Assembly (NCBI GenBank): GCA_963668625.2
Contig: CAXXKA010000008.1
Span: 704,001 to 768,000 of the forward strand
DNA length: 64,000 nucleotides
Origin: an uncultured candidate division Zixibacteria bacterium
Lineage (GTDB): Bacteria; Zixibacteria; MSB-5A5; UBA10806; 4484-95
Direction: 5' to 3'
In this document: positions 63,023-64,000 of the stretch, one piece after another
How the letters are laid out: each line of letters begins with the position of its first letter
Numbering within the stretch: the first letter of the stretch is position 1
Program-made: the position numbers and the translations under genes
Notes under the pieces: model-generated
The model's database searches: none
The model's input: the letters and a program-made list of their open reading frames with translations, nothing else
What the model was told of the DNA's origin: nothing

Positions 63023-64000
63023 TTGTATAAGAAGTACGCTTCTATTTTTTTAGCTATAATTTTCATCCTGGGAAGTATCGCTTATGCCCAGGATGCAGGT
63101 GATACGAATCCAGCAGATCAATCCCCGGACGGCATGCCCCCATATCCCAAACCCGACCCGCCACGTAACCTTATAGTCAAAGATAACCCGAGTGACGGTG
63201 GCGGCAGGATTTTAGTCGAGTGGGAGTTATCCGGTGATGATGGAGCGGGGAAAGAGAATGTCATTGGTTACGAGATATACCGCGCCGTAGCCGGTGATAC
63301 TAATTTCGTCTCGATTGGTATGGCCTCCGCCGGCGCCGATCTCTATATCGATTCTGGTGTCGAGGATGATACGAAATATATATATAAAGTTGCCGCTACC
63401 GATGGTGTGTGGCGTTCGTTCACCGCGGCTACCAACCCGGTACACTCCTCCCAGCAATGGTTTAATTTGAATCTCAAATACCTGTTTTTGATCGGGCTTT
63501 TGATTTGCGGCTCGGTCATATATTTCATATTCCGGGCACAGGGCGGCAGAACCTTATTTATCAGGAAAATAGCCGGTCTTGAGGCTATTGATGATGCCGT
63601 TGGGCGCGCCACCGAGATGGGGCGTCCGGTGCTTTTCATCCCCGGTATCCGCGATATGGACGATGTGCAAACTATCGCCGGTATCACTATTCTGGGCAGG
63701 GTTGCCCGCACGATTGCAGAATACGATATCAAAATAAATATGCCGGTTTCGCGTTCGATCGTTATGACCACGGCACGCGAGACTATCAAAGCGGCTTACG
63801 CGCAGGAGGGACGAATCGATGCTTATTCCGATGAGTTCGTTTACTATCTCACCGATGAACAGTTTGGCTATGTTGCAGCAGTAGATGGTATCATGGTGCG
63901 TGATAAGCCGGCCACATGTTTCTATATGGGGTCGTTTTTCGCTGAAAGCTTGATTTTCGCCGAGACGGGCAACTCGATCGGCGCTATACAGATTGCCGGT
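63023..64000 (+). CDS. fibronectin type III plus DUF6754-like membrane protein (runs off the window)
   Basis: Hand translation from TTG after GGGAG: signal peptide, PDPPRNL...VEWE...GYEIYR...YKVAA, a transmembrane segment, then IRKIAGLEAIDDAVGRATEMGRP...FFAESLIFAETG. Confidence 0.75.
   Translation, partial: MYKKYASIFLAIIFILGSIAYAQDAGDTNPADQSPDGMPPYPKPDPPRNLIVKDNPSDGGGRILVEWELSGDDGAGKENVIGYEIYRAVAGDTNFVSIGMASAGADLYIDSGVEDDTKYIYKVAATDGVWRSFTAATNPVHSSQQWFNLNLKYLFLIGLLICGSVIYFIFRAQGGRTLFIRKIAGLEAIDDAVGRATEMGRPVLFIPGIRDMDDVQTIAGITILGRVARTIAEYDIKINMPVSRSIVMTTARETIKAAYAQEGRIDAYSDEFVYYLTDEQFGYVAAVDGIMVRDKPATCFYMGSFFAESLIFAETGNSIGAIQIAG

Overview
Bacterial chromosome window, probably from an FCB-associated lineage such as Zixibacteria. 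This is an inference from the many secreted proteins ending in a 'NYPNPFN...KMxLxK' Por/T9SS-like tail. The core genes are tRNA-Leu-tig-clpP-clpX-yihA-purA, acpS-aldolase-aminotransferase-dNK-folB-folK-panB, rho, rsfS, panD, bioY, cobB, rlmI and tRNA-Asn. Accessory regions include three AT-rich inserts: a SF2 helicase with a small Zn-type partner, an LVIVD protein, and a long divergent PfkB bracketed by direct repeats. There is also a CarH/LitR B12 photoreceptor locus with an 11-bp periodic operator, a decayed trx-ahpC pair, three copies of a ~257-bp MITE, and a probable 6S RNA. The most striking signal is at 57.6-62.5 kb. Two paralogous secreted proteins are each split by an in-frame TGA at the same position, completing a CxxU motif (CRSU, CVGU). 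Each TGA is followed at the same offset by a covarying SECIS-like hairpin. This is a candidate family of exported selenoproteins inside a cluster of secreted CxxC proteins. All calls are by eye; no database searches were run.
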